A stretch of DNA of 26,578 nt from a bacterium (GTDB lineage Bacteria > Acidobacteriota > Blastocatellia > HR10). This document shows, one piece after another, positions 25,341-26,578 of the stretch (position 1 is the first letter of the stretch; each line of letters begins with the position of its first letter). Where the stretch lies: positions 1 to 26,578 of the forward strand of contig JBEPZV010000035.1 in NCBI GenBank assembly GCA_041640655.1, read 5' to 3'. Below the pieces are notes generated by a model. The model did no database searches and was not told where the DNA came from. It saw only the letters and a program-made list of their open reading frames with translations. A program made the position numbers and the translations under genes.

Positions 25341-26578
25341 CTAGGAGTCCCCGGCGACGGGCCAGCCCGCGATCTGGCGATACTGCAAGCGATAGAGTCG
25401 AGCATAGAGGCCATCACGCCGGAGCAATTCCGCATGCGTGCCGACCTCGCGAACGCGCCCTTTGTGAAGGACGATGATCCGATCGGCGCGCTGAATCGTC
25501 GCGAGCCGATGGGCGATGATCACGCTCGTGCGCCCGACCAGAAGCGTCTCCAGCGCTTCGCGAATGAGCCCTTCCGTGTGAGGATCAATATGGGCCGTCG
25601 CCTCGTCCAGGATGAGGATGGGGGGATCGAAACAGAGGGCGCGCGCGAAGGCGATCAGTTGTTTTTGCCCGGTGGAGAGCCGCGCCCCGCGTTCGCCCAC
25701 CTCCGTCTGATACCCGCGCGGCAACCGCTCGATGACCTCATGCGCGTGGACGCGGCGCGCGGCCTCGCGCACGCGCTCGTCGGAGATAGACGTCTCGCCC
25801 AAGCGGATATTCGTCAGGATGTCGCCCGAGAAGAGGAAGACATCCTGGGGCACCAACGCGACGGCGCGCCGCAGGGCGCGAAGATCCCACTCGCGGATAT
25901 CCACCCCATCGAGCAGGATCTGCCCCTGCTGCACATCGTAGAACCGGAGCAGCAGATGCGCGAGCGTCGTCTTGCCCGATCCCGTCGGCCCCACGAGGGC
26001 GACCGTCTCGCCAGGTTGCACTCGGAACGAGACGTCGCGCAAGACCCACTCCTGACCCTCATAGGCGAACCAGACGTGGCGGAACTCGATCTCGCCGCGC
26101 ACGCGCTCGGGCCGATACCCCCCTCGCGAGGCGATCGTGACCGGTGTATCCAGGAGCGCGAAGATACGCTCGGAAGCCGCCATGGCCGATTGCAGGATGT
26201 TGTACTTCTCGCTCAGATCGGAGATGGGCTGAAAGAAGCGCTGCGACAACTGCACGAACCCGATCAGGGCGCCGAGCGTCACCTCCCCCTCCAGGACCTG
26301 ATGCCCCCCGCGCCAGATGATGAGGGCGATCCCGAGGGCGCTCACCAGCTCCACGGCCGGGAAGAAGACGGCATAGTAGAAGATCGTCTCCAGATTGGCC
26401 TGCCGATGCTCGGCATTAAGGCGATCGAAGCGCTCGAAGCTCCGCCGCTCTGCATTGAAGAGCTGGACGATCGCCATGCCCGTGATGTGCTCTTGCAGGA
26501 AGGCATTGATGCGCGCGATGCGCGTGCGCACCTCGCGATAGGCGCGACGCGCATTCGTCTTGAACCACACGGTCAGGG
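25341..26578 (-). CDS. ABC transporter fused permease/ATP-binding protein (MsbA/MdlB-like), 5'-truncated by the window end
   Basis: Partial TM domain, then [39 protein letters not shown] and IAHRL.TI. Confidence 0.93.
   Translation of the reverse strand, partial: LTVWFKTNARRAYREVRTRIARINAFLQEHITGMAIVQLFNAERRSFERFDRLNAEHRQANLETIFYYAVFFPAVELVSALGIALIIWRGGHQVLEGEVTLGALIGFVQLSQRFFQPISDLSEKYNILQSAMAASERIFALLDTPVTIASRGGYRPERVRGEIEFRHVWFAYEGQEWVLRDVSFRVQPGETVALVGPTGSGKTTLAHLLLRFYDVQQGQILLDGVDIREWDLRALRRAVALVPQDVFLFSGDILTNIRLGETSISDERVREAARRVHAHEVIERLPRGYQTEVGERGARLSTGQKQLIAFARALCFDPPILILDEATAHIDPHTEGLIREALETLLVGRTSVIIAHRLATIQRADRIIVLHKGRVREVGTHAELLRRDGLYARLYRLQYRQIAGWPVAGDS

Overview
GC-rich bacterial DNA. 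The acidobacterial-type VWA gene and the style of the Gly-rich exported protein suggest Acidobacteriota, possibly Blastocatellia (inference only). Left to right: (1) the 5' end of a cytochrome c oxidase subunit II gene on the minus strand, missed by the ORF track; (2) a ~640 bp divergent regulatory region with a perfect CRP-type TGTGA-N6-TCACA site, a sigma54-like promoter and a repeated GGG..AATCCCC dyad; (3) a four-gene operon for a putative quinone-to-outer-membrane electron conduit: CbcL-like 11-heme c + cytochrome b protein, ImcH-like NapC/NirT multiheme protein, DmsE/MtrA-type decaheme cytochrome and MtrB/PioB-like beta-barrel; (4) a compositionally atypical, exported Gly-rich, Ca/metal-binding protein gene broken by a one-base frameshift at homopolymer runs; (5) a VWA protein, purD and a class A beta-lactamase-fold serine hydrolase; (6) a three-gene PspA/ESCRT-III + membrane-anchored helical protein + double-domain AAA+ ATPase operon; (7) ggt; (8) a YbhG/F/S/R-like ABC-2 exporter operon interrupted by a decayed DNA-methyltransferase relic carrying its own promoter; (9) the 3' part of an MsbA/MdlB-like ABC transporter. 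No rRNA, tRNA, CRISPR array or transposase was recognised. Family assignments come from motif recognition by eye; no database searches were run.
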